A stretch of 64,000 nt of DNA from an uncultured archaeon (lineage in GTDB: Archaea > Asgardarchaeota > Heimdallarchaeia > Heimdallarchaeales > Heimdallarchaeaceae): positions 1 through 64,000 of the forward strand of contig CAZHRF010000004.1 of NCBI GenBank assembly GCA_964534625.1, written 5' to 3'. Made by a program: the position numbers and the translations under genes. Shown piece by piece: positions 63,045 to 64,000 of the stretch; within the stretch, counting starts at the first letter, position 1; the number at the start of each line of letters is the position of its first letter. Under the pieces are notes generated by a model. That model was not told the DNA's origin. It was given only the letters and a program-made list of their open reading frames with translations, and did not search any database.

Positions 63045-63734
63045 CTATATTTGGGTTGATAAATAGTTCAGTATAATTGTTAGTGGCATTTCATAACTAT
63101 GAGCATCTACATTTGTTGTTTCAAAAAATACTATTTTTCTGTCTAGTACAGATGAAAGTACTATTCTTTCTGCTATATCCTTTCCCAAATATACTCCTTT
63201 TGATTTTAAATCAGCTTTATTGACAAAAACTATAACAGGAATTTCAATATTCTTTCTTTGTTCTTCAACTTGAACCATATTGACATAGTGAACAATTTTT
63301 TCCAAGCTAGAAATATTCGTTCCATCCGCCATAATAATAACTAGATTAGCTCCCTTGATGGCAATATCTTGCATGAAATCAAAACGATCTTGTCCTGCAG
63401 GATCATTAAAAATTACTTGATACGCTTCATCAATACTTTCAAGATCAATAGTTTCAAAATCACTAAATTTCTTGATGATTATTTTATTATATGTTGTTCT
63501 AACTAGAATTGAATTAATCACATTAAGCGAGATAGTTGTAGTTGAGCTGGTAAAATTTGCATATTTAAGGGGAGTAAAATCCAAGTTCGCACTGACTTCT
63601 TTAAATACTTCTCTTACAACATCATTTTTTTCAAAAGACCCAAACAAAGTTTCTAAAAATGTTGTCTTTCCACTTCCTGTTGTTCCTAGTATTGTAATCT
63701 TTTTTTTAATTAAGGGTTCTAAAGAAGAAGTCAT
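63045..63734 (-). CDS. Ras-superfamily-like small GTPase (divergent)
   Basis: GTTGSGKTT (G1), DPAGQ (G3), NKAD (G4); start moved to ATG 63734. Confidence 0.85.
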   Translation of the reverse strand: MTSSLEPLIKKKITILGTTGSGKTTFLETLFGSFEKNDVVREVFKEVSANLDFTPLKYANFTSSTTTISLNVINSILVRTTYNKIIIKKFSDFETIDLESIDEAYQVIFNDPAGQDRFDFMQDIAIKGANLVIIMADGTNISSLEKIVHYVNMVQVEEQRKNIEIPVIVFVNKADLKSKGVYLGKDIAERIVLSSVLDRKIVFFETTNVDAHSYEMPLTIILNYLSTQI

Positions 63735-64000
63735 TATAATATCTAAAAAACAGTACATACATATCATTGATAAACGTTTGTAGAAAGGCAATCATCAACT
63801 ACCACTGAAAAATAGCAAAACTAATTAATTCTTTGACGAAAATTTTGGAACTTTAATTTTTATAAAGTAGTAGTAAAATGGAAAATATTCAAATATGGTG
63901 TCTCTCAACTGTTATCATTATTCATCAAATATTCTACTTAGATTTATATTCTAAAATATCCGCTATATATTTGATGATAATCTCACAGGATGTTTATACA

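Overview
AT-rich (roughly 30% GC by eye) archaeal chromosomal window, most consistent with an Asgard archaeon (inference from a longin-like protein, a divergent small GTPase, a TFIIB paralogue, an LRR protein, two related 7TM proteins and several C-terminally anchored surface proteins). Housekeeping and metabolic genes (P-type ATPase, malQ, larB/larC/larE, ileS, SDR, AKR, MFS, GT2) are interspersed with accessory material: an AbrB-PIN toxin-antitoxin pair, an orphaned antitoxin, an internally deleted IS200/IS605 tnpB element plus two relics, two solo N6-adenine methyltransferases, and patchworks of gene fragments. The best candidate for an undescribed system is a short serine recombinase (23726-24475). 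Upstream of it, a 114-bp segment carrying a TATA-like element lies between 22-bp imperfect inverted repeats, directly before a membrane acyltransferase-like gene. A third copy of the repeat core lies 2 kb away. This could be an invertible promoter switch or an excisable module. Also notable: an IleRS with a GVHH signature, a probable pseudo-protease M50-CBS protein, and microsatellites at gene 3' ends. No rRNA, tRNA or CRISPR array was recognised. All product calls come from motif recognition by eye; no database searches were run.
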